Below are positions 48,810-62,319 of a stretch of 64,000 nucleotides of DNA, in pieces (positions within the stretch are counted from its first letter, which is position 1; the number at the start of each line of letters is the position of its first letter). Source of the DNA: Hormiphora californensis (Eukaryota; Animalia; Ctenophora); the NCBI GenBank assembly GCA_020137815.1, contig CM035357.1:2294001-2358000 (forward strand), in the 5' to 3' direction. The notes under the pieces were generated by a model. It worked only from the letters and a program-made list of their open reading frames with translations. It was not told the origin of the DNA and did not search any database. Both the position numbers and the translations under genes were made by a program.

Positions 48810-49823
48810 GGGTAAGCGGTAAAGGTTGACCCGTCTCCTGAGAATTTAAAACTATTTTGGCCATACCTCAGCCATTTCTTGATCAATTTGCAAAATATTG
48901 GGCTCATTGGATTCTAATTTGGAAAGAGGACATTGAGATCTTTAAAATGAGCTCAATAAAATGAAAATGGGCGCAAATTGCGTGGTGTTTTTGCGCTGAT
49001 TTTAATTTTATTGGGCTCATTTGAAAGAGCTCAATGTCCTCTTTCCAACGCGCCCAAGATTTTGCAAATTGGTCAAGAAATGACTGAGTTATGGACAAAA
49101 ACGTGGTTTCACTTTTACACGTACGTAATGTATTCTCTCAGATCTGGTTAACATTTACCGCCTACCTTTCTTTCAAGGGATGTTGCACGCGATCCACTGG
49201 ATCGATTTGCATCCGGTTTGTCGCAAAAGACTACAAATGATCCTAATATACTGGAAAATACCCGAGAAGTTTGTCTGTCAACAGGAAGTGGGTCAAAATT
49301 GACACTGAAGTCAAACCTATAATCTGGCTTCCGAGAGTTTCTGCACTTAGCCCATGCGGTTTGGAAGATATTGGGAGATATGTTGATGCAATTAGCATCA
49401 GAATTTGATGCTGGGTATTTTCCACTACTCACAAGGCCTCAATCTATCTCCCAATATCGTCTGTCAGAGCATTGGCCTGACCCATTCTCGCTTCTTCTGC
49501 ACGCGGAGCGCGCGAGAACTGTGGTCAGAGCATTGGCCTGACAGAATATCGTCAGACTCAGTCTAAACCGCCTGGGAGTGGTGCAAAAATCCCCGGAAGC
49601 CAGATTATAGATTTGACTTCAGTGTCAATTTTGACCCACTTCCTGTTGACAGACAAACTTCTCGGGTATTTTCCAGTAAACTAGGACCAATTTGCAGTCT
49701 CATGAAACAAGCGGGATGTAAATCGGTCCAGTGGATCACGTGCAATATGTCTTGAAAGACACGACTCTTTTTTAGGGGGCGGAGCCGACACCTGTGTGCG
49801 GGGGTCGCGCCAGGTGTCACCAA
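48810..49823. mobile_element. Adjacent copies of the two 9-bp-TSD MITE families
   Basis: 48810-49166 matches the 3350-3721 family. 49167-49823 matches the 18150-18777 family but lacks its left end. Confidence 0.8.
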
Positions 49824-50314
49824 TTCCAGGGTATTGTTTATTTTTGGGCTGCACCCCCAACCATTTTTATTCTCTAGATCTAGTCCTGGCCCCTCCCCCT
49901 CTCCCCTTGCCAGGCAAGTTGCCTAGCTAGAACATAACAACTCCCCCAAAGACAATCGTAGATCATTAGCCGCTAATTTAGCGATTCGCTCGCTGCCCTA
50001 CGTGATCGATTTCAGCTGCAGCTGTAGTCTCTACTAGTAGTTTGGGTTTTTGGTGGTATGTTGTACTACAGCTGCTAACAACCCACATATATTTTGTATG
50101 CTAGCTTATACAAACATATGTTATAGCTATAAGCAATAAGCATACTGATCGTGATCTCTCTATACTCTATAGTTTATAGCATTAGAATGGGTTAAAAAAT
50201 ATATTATATATACAGTCTGTATAATAATGTGTAGTATACTTAAATTTAACCCTTTTTACTTTATCGATCATGTTTATAGAAATGTAGTTTGTATTTAATT
50301 GGAGAGTTTCAGAG

Positions 50315-52440
50315 ATGCAGTTTTGGATCGCTGTTCTGCTCCTTTTCTCTCCTTGCAGTTGCAGTGCAGGTCAGTTAGGGGAAACTCTAACTGAATGGCA
50401 TCCCATTAATGGGATCCCATCAGCAGTAAAACTCTAACTAATAATGGACCACAGTGATGGTTCTTTCTCTGTATTCTCTTCATGGATTAGTCGGTGTCCG
50501 GACTCCTGACCGACTGGACGCATGACCGACCAAGTTTTAGGGCTACGTTTTAGGTTAATGGTTAGGGTTAGGGTGGGGTTAGGGTTAGGGTGTGGTGAGG
50601 GTTAGGGTTGGAGTGGGGCTTAGGGGTGTGGTTAGGGGTTAGAGGTTAAGAGATAAGGGGGATTGAATTTCATTCGGTCATGCGTCCAGTCGGTCAGGAG
50701 TCCGGGAGCCGGATTAGTCCCAGGCATTGTCATTTGTCAGGCGCCATAGACCCTGATATATATTATTCAGTGTATAAACTCCCGTTTAATACTCTATACT
50801 ACCCAGCTCCAAGGTGTACCTTATACAGTTCAGCCACAACCTTCTACATATTCGAGAGTACTGTTACTGTTAGGTTTAAAACAGGCAACAGGAAGGACGC
50901 GTATGGGAAAATTGAATCTGAGAAACCTTACCTGTGAGTACTAAGTAGTATTAAGTATCATTTCTTCTTTGTATAGCTCACGTCATCACCGTTCTGCGAG
51001 GGTTAGGTAGATCAAATCATTCCTAGATGGACCAGGTGATCTGCCAGTTCCATTCTAGCATCACAGATCAGTTGCTAATTGGATATTAATTAACAATCAC
51101 ACCTGTAAATTAAAATCGTAGTTATTGAAAGTATTATACCCAGGGGGGAATTACCCACTAGACTGCCCCTTTAGGAGCGGGTGGGTTAATTTTACTGACG
51201 ACAGAGTTTACCAGTTTCTTTACAAACCAACTTTGGGCCAAATTATCTGGGGCGACAACTCTCGGAATATATGGAACGTGGAACGTGGAAGCAACTGCGA
51301 CTTTAATCCGGGTGAGATAAGATTTCAAAACATTAAGTTTGCTTTTAAAAAACCAATTAGCGTTTGTTAATTGGTTTTGCTAATTGGTTTTGTTAATTGG
51401 TTTTGGATTACAGAATGAGTAAAACTTACTGATATGATCTGAACAGCATGATTTACTTTACCACTTCACAAATTAGGCCACATTTGCCCACAAATTGCTG
51501 TCTTTATGAAGAAGTTCTTCTCTTTCATTATTCATGTCATCATCTTGTCCCACCCCTTACTCAACAAGTCATCAATGTTTAACACAGATATATATCCCCG
51601 ATTCGACCCTCTCTCCTGATGGATTTGAAAAAAACAAGATATTTGGTTGGATCTAGAAAGTCTACCACCCTCACAGCTACCCTCAGTAACCTCACAGCTG
51701 TGCACAGATCGGGGCCATCATGTGACAGCTTTAAAGTGTTGCAGCTAGTCCAAATGTTGCCGTGTTTTCTGCATGAGCATGAGAAACATATTTACTGGAC
51801 TACTGAGAATGAGGCACTGAGACGCACTATTCACTGAGCATCATCACAACAGGTGGACATGGTACAATACTTTTGGTAGCACCCTACGGTTATATTCCTG
51901 AAATCCTCGACATCAGATACCTGTCCAGCCAACAGGTTCACGGTTTTATTAATCGATGCACTGCTCTATGCATGCCCCATATCTGTTTCTGAGAACAACA
52001 ACAGACCGGATTCGACCACCTGTCCATCCCTATATCATCCTACTCCTAATTCTATAACGATATGTCTCTAAATGTCATGTGGCAGTTCAATGCTATACTG
52101 GTGTTATTCAGAAACGTCACTATCTCATGGATTAGTCCAGACTTAATCAGATCCACCCCTATGATTACACGGTGTGAGATTTCTCTACAGTGCTCTATTC
52201 CTCGCTCTATCGCCACTCCTCCTTTCATCCTCCATGCCAGATCCAGCATAGATATTAAGCGGGGGAAGTGCTCTTGTCCTCTTCCTCATGTCAGATATCC
52301 ACGGTATAGATCCTCAGACTTCGCGGTGGGCTTCTCCTCTCCTCTCTCTTATCGTCTCGCTCTGCGTGCTAAGCTCTCATTCCTCTCCTCTCTGCTCCAT
52401 CCTCTCTCTCCTCGTTCCTTTCCTCTCTCCTCTCATGGCC

Positions 52441-52497
<57 letters not shown>

Positions 52498-55128
52498 TTC
52501 ATTCCCAATCTTTCCTTGTCTTATCCATCATGATCATTCATCTTGTTGAATTTTCATATTCTATTTGGAGAGCCCAGTCCCAAGATATTTAAAATGAATT
52601 GTGACTCACTATGTCAGAGCATTGGCCTGACCCATTCTCGTTTCTCTCAAATTTGCGCGAGAACTGTGGTCAGAGCATTGGCCTGACAGATGTCTAACTT
52701 TTGTTGTACGTACGGAACCCCTCGAATCATAACTGTACTCGAAACTGTACTAGCTGAGGGTCGAGTACTGCAGACTGCTGTAAACTGTAGAGCGAGTACT
52801 TCAGCTAAATTCTGTATACTATTAGCCGGGGCCCGCCGCATTGTTCACTTTATATCATTTCGCCTAGAAGCTGGTGGCGGGTCATTGTCAGTTGTTTTTC
52901 TTTGTACAAAGCAGCTCAGCCTTTGTTCTGTACCGAACTCTAATTCTGGCAGGTAGTAGTACATACATGACACTTTTCATTTCGGCTTTTGTTAGAGGTT
53001 ATCCATTTCCAAGGGGAAGTAAAGAGGAACACGAGGGAAAAAGTTCATTTTTCCTGTGCCTCATATTGGGTAGTTTTCTGCTCAACAACAAGTTATGCAA
53101 GGCTTGAATCTGAGGTCATGAGCTAATAATATAACTCACAGCTGCATCCAACTCAACTTGGATTCCATGGAATTCCAATTGCCCTAAAGTTTTCTCTCAT
53201 ATCCCTCGTTCTAACCCCCAAGTTTTCTCTCGCATCATCTGCCCTCGTTCTGCCGATTTTATCACCTGCGTTCTAACCCTCCTTTACAAGAGGGTCGAGC
53301 AAATCATACACCTGCTGTTCCAGGTACTCCATCACTACTTACTAATTGATTTACTTGCTATATTTTACATGTATTTTATCTCCAGTTCTAACATCTGATG
53401 TAAAATTTGTCGCTGGTAGTGGCGCCATCCAATCCACCATCTTTGTCGGGCCCCGAATTCACCGCCCCCGATCACCGCACTCCCAGGGGGACAAGTTATT
53501 GCATCACTTGTATTACCGATTCTGTAAATCACTGTCGTCTTTTATAGTTTATGTACAGCAACAAGATAATGATATGAAGCTTGCCATCATCTCAGTTCTC
53601 TGGTTTTGCTCTCTTCGTTTGAAAGGTTTGTCATTCTACTTCTATGAAAAGTACATTGTACAAATTGTACAAATTGTACAGTACAATGTGTACTGCGTAC
53701 TGTGTAATAAAACCGGTCTGTATACTTATATCTGTATATTTCCCACATGATTAGTTCATGCAAATTTCCAAAAGGTGTTACCACAACAGACAACTTCCAC
53801 CCCATCAACACTGATGACCTCTCTGATTTCGATGTGCTCAACAAAGTGCTCCAGCTGTCTGTACCAAATGGTGATACTTCCAATAGTCTCAAGTCCCTTG
53901 AGTTGGGGTATCTAGCTAGCGATGCCCTAACAGGACAGGTCGAGGTGATCATGTAAGTTGTAGGGGGGATGCTCAATGCTCATTGCTCAAAGAGTTTAAG
54001 AGAATCTCCCTAGAGGACTCAGGATTTAGGGGGTGGAGGGATTCAGGTAGAACTAGAATGCGTTTAAATATTGCAGAGGGAGACCCATCAGGCCACATAA
54101 CCCAGCAACCCCCCTGTTTCAGACCAACAGAGAACCAAGATCAGAACCTGATTGTCGTTGGGTCCGAACACGACTGCATGGACTCAGATATCACAATCTA
54201 CTACTACAGAAACATCCCTTCCTCCCTCCGCAACATTTGTTTCCATAGCAACACCACCCAACTCTGGACTCTCTACTTTCATAGTGGAGGGTTGAGGGTT
54301 TGGTGTAATGGGGTCCGGATGATTAGTTACAATATTGCTAACTACCAGACCAGTTCCACCACATTCAATTGTGGAGGGTTTGCAGTAGCGTGGGATGTGT
54401 TGTTGAATTCAGCTTCTACCGCGGATAGAGTACTAAAGTTTGGGTCCGAGTGGTCAGGGAGCAGTGTTGGATTTCTAGACAAGAGTCCGTGTAAGTTATA
54501 TTTCGGGGGATGGATGGGGCCACTGTTGCACTTGCCAGCGCAGTGATTCCCCCCAACTTTTAGTATTAATTCAGCTCCAATACATCAACAGCGATTAATT
54601 AACTATCTACTACATTTTCAGATGATACCTGCGTTGAAGAGAAAGTAGAGGGAGGTTGGGTTGATACTAACGGGACACTCCACTGCTCCGATTCATCAGC
54701 AGCACCCACAGGAACACTGACTTGTGACACCAATGATATGAGTTGGAGTGGAGATGGCAGGTGTATCATAGTACCTGGTGAGCATACAGAGTTAATTAGT
54801 GTGGTAATTAGTTAATTAATTAGATCATTAGTATGCTAATTAGTTAGTTAATTACTGATTGTGTGGTCTACTGTGTGGGGGCAGTAATCACATACCATGT
54901 TTTTTGTTCGTTTACTACAAGAATTTCGGGAGGGGAGGGGGGTTCAACCATTTTTCAGATGTGTATCTCCATGGAAACAGTTCAACGGATCTTTGCAGCT
55001 TCATCTCCTTGAAGGAACACGTGAAATGGGCAGGGACATGTAAAAGGGACTTGAAAATGAAGCTGAAAGTGGAAAAGGTTAAGACTGTCTATAATCATGT
55101 TCAGTTCATGTGTAGTATGACTATGTGA
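50315..55128 (+). CDS. Secreted multi-exon protein with an uncharacterised domain and a Sushi/CCP-like module; middle exons unresolved
   Basis: Signal exon MQFWIAVLLLFSPCSCSA|gt. Exons ~50741-50933, ~51122-51311, ~53755-53952, ~54123-54490 (..LWTLYFHSGGLRVWCNGVRM..C..W), 54622-54777 (TC..LHCSD..LTCDTNDMSWSGDGRC), 54959-55128(TGA). Confidence 0.55.
50493..50710. mobile_element. MITE with 9-bp TSD carrying telomere-like TTAGGG repeats
   Basis: TIR core CCGGACTCCTGACCGACTGGACGCATGACCGA. TSD GGATTAGTC (50484-50492, 50711-50719). Interior GGTTAGGGTTAGGG repeats. Confidence 0.88.
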
Positions 55129-55802
55129 TATTGTGATCACGCGTTCTGTTGAAAATAGGGAGGGGGCAATTTCATATTCATGGACATAATTAATTTTCAA
55201 AAAGGCTAGATTATTTCTTGAGTTTAGAGCGGGGTTTACTTTCTTTTGATAATGTAAAAAAGCCAGATATATTGCCCTCTCCCATGACTTTAGTTATAAT
55301 CTTGAACGAATTGCAGAGTTAAGGTGTTGTTAAAAACATTCTTGGGTCTTGTATACAAATCACAACTACATAAATATTATATGGGCTACATATCTCTACC
55401 AAAACTCTCTCTCTTTAGTCACTACAGCTACTAGTCCCTACAGCTACACAAGACACTGTCTCTCTCTAATAACTGTGTTACATAATATCCCAGTGTCACA
55501 GGTCACAGGTCACTTGCAAAACTACGTCGTAGCTCATCTTTTCCACTCTCTCACACACGTCAAAAAGTAAAATAATGAGACCGCACAAAAAGCGGTATAC
55601 ATGTGTAATAAATTACCTTTCAGTCACTTTACAGTTTCATGGCTCTTAAATGTTCAACAGCTTGGACACTGAATCATAAGTCCGTGCAATACGAAAGTCG
55701 TCTGATAACTACCAAGTACTTGAAAACAGGGTTACCCGAAAGTAGGACACATGTTAACATTAGTTAACAAATTAGTTAACACATCTGGTTCCATCACATC
55801 TC

Positions 55803-57228
55803 TCATGAACTGCTAAGGCTATTCTGGTCTGGTGGTGATGTGTTGTTGTGGTTGGCGGCACTGTTAGGTCCGGTCAGCTTCAGGGATTCCTGGGTCATAA
55901 TCTTTACAAACTCTAGGTAGTTGATGCACCCATCACCGTCCTGGTCGGCTTCGTGCAGGAACTCTGATACCTGGGAGAGATTAGGTTTTAGTTGAAGGTG
56001 GTAATAATATTGGACTGTTACCCCCGAGTTAGGGGGAGTTTTTTTAGGAGCGATATCCTGGAACTAATTACTTCAAAGTGAGAGATGACAGGCTAAAGTT
56101 GTTTCATTTACCTCAACATCGGTTAGACAGTCCCCAATGGTCGTCAGACATCTTCTCAACTCAGCCTCATCAATCCAACCTCTCATCTCCTTATCAAACA
56201 CTTCGAATGCAGTTTTGAGTTCCTTCTCAGCGTTTATCGTGTCGAACTCAGTCGTCATCAGCACAATGAACTCCTGGGGATAGTTGTTGTGTGTGAGTAA
56301 GAGTGGGACAAGGGGTGATTAGAATAACATGGGCCCGGGTGTTCTTTTTGCATATTTTTGTATCCTTGTTATTTATAATAATTATAGGAAGGGATAAACG
56401 GAAAGGTTGAAAATTTCTAATTCTGGGAAAGTGGGAAAGTCTAACCTTGAAGTCGAGTTTTCCATTGCCGTCTACATCAACTTTATTGCACATGGACCTC
56501 AATTCTTTGTCGGAGGGATTCTGACCCAGACTCCTCATTACCGACCCTGAAAAGTAAAGTCAATAGAATTATAGAGGGATTGTGCACGGTGAATAAACAA
56601 AATAAAAAAAGGAAGATAAGGATACTATCAAGGTTTGGCCGATTTTGGTCTTGGATATAAATGATATGAGGGTACACATGAAAACACAGTGAATATCATA
56701 CCTAATTCTCTGGTTGATATGGATCCATCTCCATCTTTATCGAAGATGTTAAAGGCCTGTCTAAACTCAACAATATGGGCATCTGTGATCCGATCAGCGA
56801 CTTGGGCGTCCTGAGAAAGAATTGAAATCGTTAAAATATAATTTCCACATTACTCAGTTACATAATCTCTGGATGCTAATGAGATGGAGACTTCATCAAA
56901 TTAGAAGGAGATCAGGGGGGAACAAAACAGAGTATGGCTAGGGTGGAAATAAGTCTATGTTACTGTGGGAGATTTAGGTTGAAAATGTTGAAATTTCCAC
57001 TCTATGAACAGTAAAAAAAGGCCATGGACTAATTGTTATATGGCCTCCTTTTTCCGGTTCCCTTCACAAATCGACCACAAAAACAGGAGAGCAAGTAAAA
57101 ACGAAGGTATATATGCTTGCCAGCGCCCAGTGCAGCGTATTTGCCTAACTAACCATTGTACGGGGGAGCATGCAGCGAGTAATGAAATTGGTAGTGCCCA
57201 AACAAATGGATAGAGATGGAGAGAGAGA

Positions 57229-57276
<48 letters not shown>

Positions 57277-57282
57277 TAGAGA

Positions 57283-57336
<54 letters not shown>

Positions 57337-57347
57337 TAGAGAGAGAA

Positions 57348-57399
<52 letters not shown>

Positions 57400-60090
57400 A
57401 TGAGTAGATAGGTTGAGGGAGCCCATTGCCCAATCAATAGCTGAACAAAGGCCGGTGACCACGGGGATCAACAGCTGTTACCTCATGACGTCACAATAGA
57501 TGACGTCACATGGCGTTATTGTGACGTCACATGGCGTTATTGTGACGTCGGGTATTTTTCAGTCTGGCGGCACCGACTCGATCTGAGCGAACTGTCGAAT
57601 CAAAACGGGGTCCGCCAGACAGGGATTATTTGAACTCTTCACCAATTACCTGTAGGGAGGCCAGAAGGCTCTCTGTATTCAATTTTTCCATTTTTCTATG
57701 CCTCAAATCAATAAATATGCAAACGAAGGAATATAATGTATATCGATAAACAGAATATAATATTCCTTTATCTACTGAACGGAGCGATGTGAGCCACATA
57801 TGGTATTCCAAGGTATCTTTGCAAGCTCCTTCTTCACATTAAGATAAGAGCTGTCAGGCCAATGCTCTGACCAGAGTTGAAAGAGATGAGAGTAGGGTCA
57901 ATGCTCTGACCAGAGTTGAAAGAGATGAGAATAGGGCCAATGCTCTGACAGAGAGAAATTGGAACTGGACAGACCTTGTTGGTACATGTATCAACAAGGA
58001 GCAGGGGGTGTGGGCAAGTTCGGTGCTAGGGGTGGTGTTGGTGGTGTGTGGGGGGCAAGTTCGGTGTTCAGCTGCAGCGAAGCAAGATTGGCTATCAAAA
58101 CTAAGAAAAAGTTGAACGAGCATCGACAATTTCACAGATTAGTGTTTACAGATTTTAGGTTTAATTGAACCTTCCGATGCCTTCCTAAACCACTAATTAT
58201 TTCCTATTAATAAACTAATTAGCCAAGATACTATCTAGCATCTTGGAGATACTATCTCAGAGGTAGCGTGATAGAAAAACCACAATTAGCCGAGATAGTG
58301 TGATAGAAAAACCACAATCACTGCAGTTGCTGCCGCAAAAAGCAAGAAATCGTTTGTCGGAGTTGGAATAACAATTTCCAAATACTACTAAATCAATTAA
58401 TTAATTAATTAGCTAATTAGTACATAATCTTACCTCAATTAGGAGGAGCTCATCCTTGGCATTATTTTGTTCCTGATTGATCTGGTCATTCTCCGCCCTC
58501 TTTCTTCGTCCCTGCAGGAAGAATGGGGCTGTTATTATTATTTTCAATCACCTGAAGTATGACTCATGAGGCATTGTATGGCCTGCAGTGTGTGGCCTGC
58601 AGTGCTTGGTGACATAGACACTTGGCGCGACCCCCGTCAGGTGTCTATGTTTCCAACTGCAGTGCTATTCTGGTCAGAGGACCATGAGGCCAAAGGCATT
58701 ATTGATTGTGTGGCGGGATTGAAAGCCCAGGCCCTGTACGTGTGCTTGTAGGGGGCATTATTAATTATTACTCAGGCCTGATCATGAGGCATTGTGTGCT
58801 TGTAGGGACTTCATTACATGAACAATGTTCATTGCAATTGAACATGGTTTTTTAATTAAGCAACACAGAAAACTAATTAACACAACCGCGGGTGTAAGGG
58901 CGGTAGGAATGAGGCAAGCTAAAATATGACATGTCTTCAGGTGTGTTCTAACTGCTACCCAGCACCTGATTTAAACCGAGCTGCAACAGAAATTTTAAGA
59001 CCTACAACAAACTTTCACAAAATCCTGAAAGCGACGTGTCTCAGGTTCTTATGACGTCCTCAACCCAGAAACGACTTAACTAGCAATTATAACAGAAACC
59101 ATCAAGGATCTTCTCAAAAGTCAAAAATGTCCAAAATAAATAAAATGAAAACCTTTCTGGAGGTAGAATCTTTCTCAGTCGCCTTAATGAACCGCCACGT
59201 GTTCCGAAAACGCCTGAATCGGCCTGCCAGCTTATTTCCGATGAGAGAATTTTACTGCTTTATAAAACTTTGCTTCCTCGTCAACAAATATATCAGGCTG
59301 ACACAATCTAAACAAAGTCACCGAACAATAATTTGACGTTATATTGAGAGGAATAATATGTAATTCGTACCTCCCCATGTAAGCCAAGCACATCAAATAC
59401 GTAATACGGACTCCGGGGAGGGGGGCTGCTGCTCGGGGGAAAGTGGTACGTGATTATTCATCCCGCTAACTGTAAAGAGGGGTGAAGAATCACGTGATTA
59501 ATACCAAAGAACTGAGATTCAGTATAATTTGTCTTATATGGCCAGACATTATCATGATTATAAAATTGAATTGTTTTTTGGCGTGGACACAGTGTGGACA
59601 CAATTGAGAGGATACCAAAACCATTATGAAACAAGTATTTTATTTCAGTGTTTTCGGTTATTTGGTGACGTGCGTTTTACCTTAAACACAAACGCAGCAG
59701 CAGCCATTCAAGTAGAGCTTCTTTATTTCAAGAAAGTGCAATATGAGAAAACAAACTTCAACACACCTATGTAGTAAGTCTGTCAAGAGAAAGCTGTCAA
59801 CGCTGAGAAAACAACGAAAAGGTGACCGAAACTTGAGTCAAAATTGTTTTACTCTGCGTAACTGTCTCAACCGAGAGTTGTGTAGCTCACACTGCATTTT
59901 ATTTCATAAATGACATCACAGAGCAAGCACGTTCTGTCAGGGTTTGTTAGAGCAAGGGCGGAGAGAGTTAATAATTTACCACGTTGAGTCGTCTCCTAAT
60001 CGGAAGGGGAATGAGTGAGAGTAACTCATCTACATAATGCTTGTCTAGGTGGTCGAGAAACGCCTTTGCCAGCGCTGTGATCGTCTCCAT
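55803..60090 (-). CDS. Calmodulin-like EF-hand protein with N- and C-terminal extensions
   Basis: Exons 60090-59980, 58511-58434, 56810-56702, 56546-56446, 56273-56112, 55970-55803(TGA). EF loops [36 protein letters not shown] (degenerate), [12 protein letters not shown]; [10 protein letters not shown] linker. The first two exons are less certain. Confidence 0.85.
58606..58656. mobile_element. 51-bp minimal derivative of the TTGGTGACATAGACAC MITE family
   Basis: TTGGTGACATAGACAC...GTGTCTATGTTTCCAA flanked by 9-bp direct repeat CTGCAGTGC. Confidence 0.75.
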
Positions 60091-60100
60091 AACCAATTAA

Positions 60101-61404
60101 GGGTACACCTGGCGTTTTTCATCATCGAGTGCCCAACCAAATGACTTCACCAGGGTTTAGTTCATACAAAATGGACCTCAAATATGCAATTTTAGCCCTA
60201 AAGTCGAATTCATATTTTTGCTACAGCCTATTTTCAAAGTGGCGTTTTTTCAATTTTTGTCGGAATTTTTAACCTCAGGACCACTTTTTTTGAGATAGAA
60301 ACATTAAATTCTTGGAATTTGAAGAGAATATAAAGGTGAATAAGCCCAAAGAAGGATTTTTAAAATGGAGCTTATTTCTGGCCATGAGAACGGTTTACTT
60401 TTTTGCTTCTTTGACACGCTGGCTGAGAATGTTCCCATGCTTCATTAGAGATGAAAATCTGGAAATAGTTGCTCAAAACGATTATCTATGTGGCCCAAAA
60501 ATTTTGGAACTTTCCCGCCAAAGATGTGGTGTACAGAGCTTGTTTTGTGAAACCCGTCTTTTTGAAAAAGAGGGAAATTCCCTGTATCTCAAAAACGGAT
60601 GATCGTAGAGACCTGCGACCAAGCTTAATCGATTCAGAAGGTCCGATTTTGGGGGGGGTCTTCTGAGAGACATTTTGCTCCTACTCCAACCGTTTTTGCT
60701 GTAATTGCAAAAAACCAATTCTATGAAATGGGGGAACAACTCTATTCCAGTAGCCTGCTTCGGGCTGATTTCCCCCTTACTTGCTGATACCTTTTTCGCA
60801 ATTACAGCAAAAACGGTTGGAGTAGGAGCAAAATGTCTCTCAGAAGACCCCCCCAAAATCGGACCTTCTGAATCGATTAAGCTTGGTCGCAGGTCTCTAC
60901 GATCATCCGTTTTTGAGATACAGGGAATTTCCCTCTTTTTCAAAAAGACGGGTTTCACAAAACAAGCTCTGTACACCACATCTTTGGCGGGAAAGTTCCA
61001 AAATTTTTGGGCCACATAGATAATCGTTTTGAGCAACTATTTCCAGATTTTCATCTCTAATGAAGCATGGGAACATTCTCAGCCAGCGTGTCAAAGAAGC
61101 AAAAAAGTAAACCGTTCTCATGGCCAGAAATAAGCTCCATTTTAAAAATCCTTCTTTGGGCTTATTCACCTTTATATTCTCTTCAAATTCCAAGAATTTA
61201 ATGTTTCTATCTCAAAAAAAGTGGTCCTGAGGTTAAAAATTCCGACAAAAATTGAAAAAACGCCACTTTGAAAATAGGCTGTAGCAAAAATATGAATTCG
61301 ACTTTAGGGCTAAAATTGCATATTTGAGGTCCATTTTGTATGAACTAAACCCTGGTGAAGTCATTTGGTTGGGCACTCGATGATGAAAAACGCCAGGTGT
61401 ACCC
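60101..61404. mobile_element. Large near-perfect fold-back MITE with TTAA TSD (Kolobok-like)
   Basis: TTAA|GGGTACACCTGGCG...CGCCAGGTGTACCC|TTAA; ~610-bp arms. The identical ORFs on both strands in the ORF track reflect the palindrome. Shares modules with 32179-33569. Confidence 0.92.
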
Positions 61405-61628
61405 TTAAACTGTACAAAACCACCTTCCACTGCAGTATGCCACTTTCTATCCTCCACGACTATCAAGTAAATGTTTTGAGCAAAATAACGCTGGTTCAAA
61501 TAAACTATGGGACTTTGGGACTGTTGCCCCGGAAGTTTTTTACTAGCTCCCCTGTGTATTACAAATTGGACGATGGCCCGTGATTGGTCAGGAAGTAGCA
61601 CTGCTCACTTCTTAAATATACTAAAGTA

Positions 61629-61689
<61 letters not shown>

Positions 61690-62237
61690 ATCTCTCTCTA
61701 TCTCCCTCATTCTCTCTTTCTCTTTCTCTCTATCTCTCTCTTTCTATCTCCCTCTCTCTCGATCAGACTCTGTACTTCCGTAACGAGCCCTAATGGGGGA
61801 CTAAAAGGTAAGGAGTCAAAGCGCCCAAATTAGCTCTCTTCCTCTATCTCTCACTCCCTCACTCTCTCTCCATTTCTATCTCTTTTTGTCCCTTTTCTAT
61901 CTCTTTCTATCCCTCGTTCTCACTAATGGGAGATCGGAAATAAGCGAACAAGGCCACATATAAACCAAAGCATAGGATGGGTGCCAAGAGGGGGGGGGTG
62001 GGAGACAGAGCGTAATATAGAGAAGAGCAGAGAATAAAAGAAAGAAAGAGAGGGAACCTTCAATCTCTAAATGGATCTCTCACTGATTCGCAAAACCAAC
62101 AGATAGATGTAAAACAAGATCGATTCTGCAGAGACAAGGATAAGGAGCACCCCGGATCTGATAAAGTTGATGAAGTAAAAAAGTTCTCATCACATCATTA
62201 AAACATCAGTTGAGAATTTGCAGGGACCGATTAACGA

Positions 62238-62319
<82 letters not shown>

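Noticed and set aside
60312-61193. Identical ORFs on both strands
   Set aside because: A by-product of the palindromic MITE; no transposase motifs.
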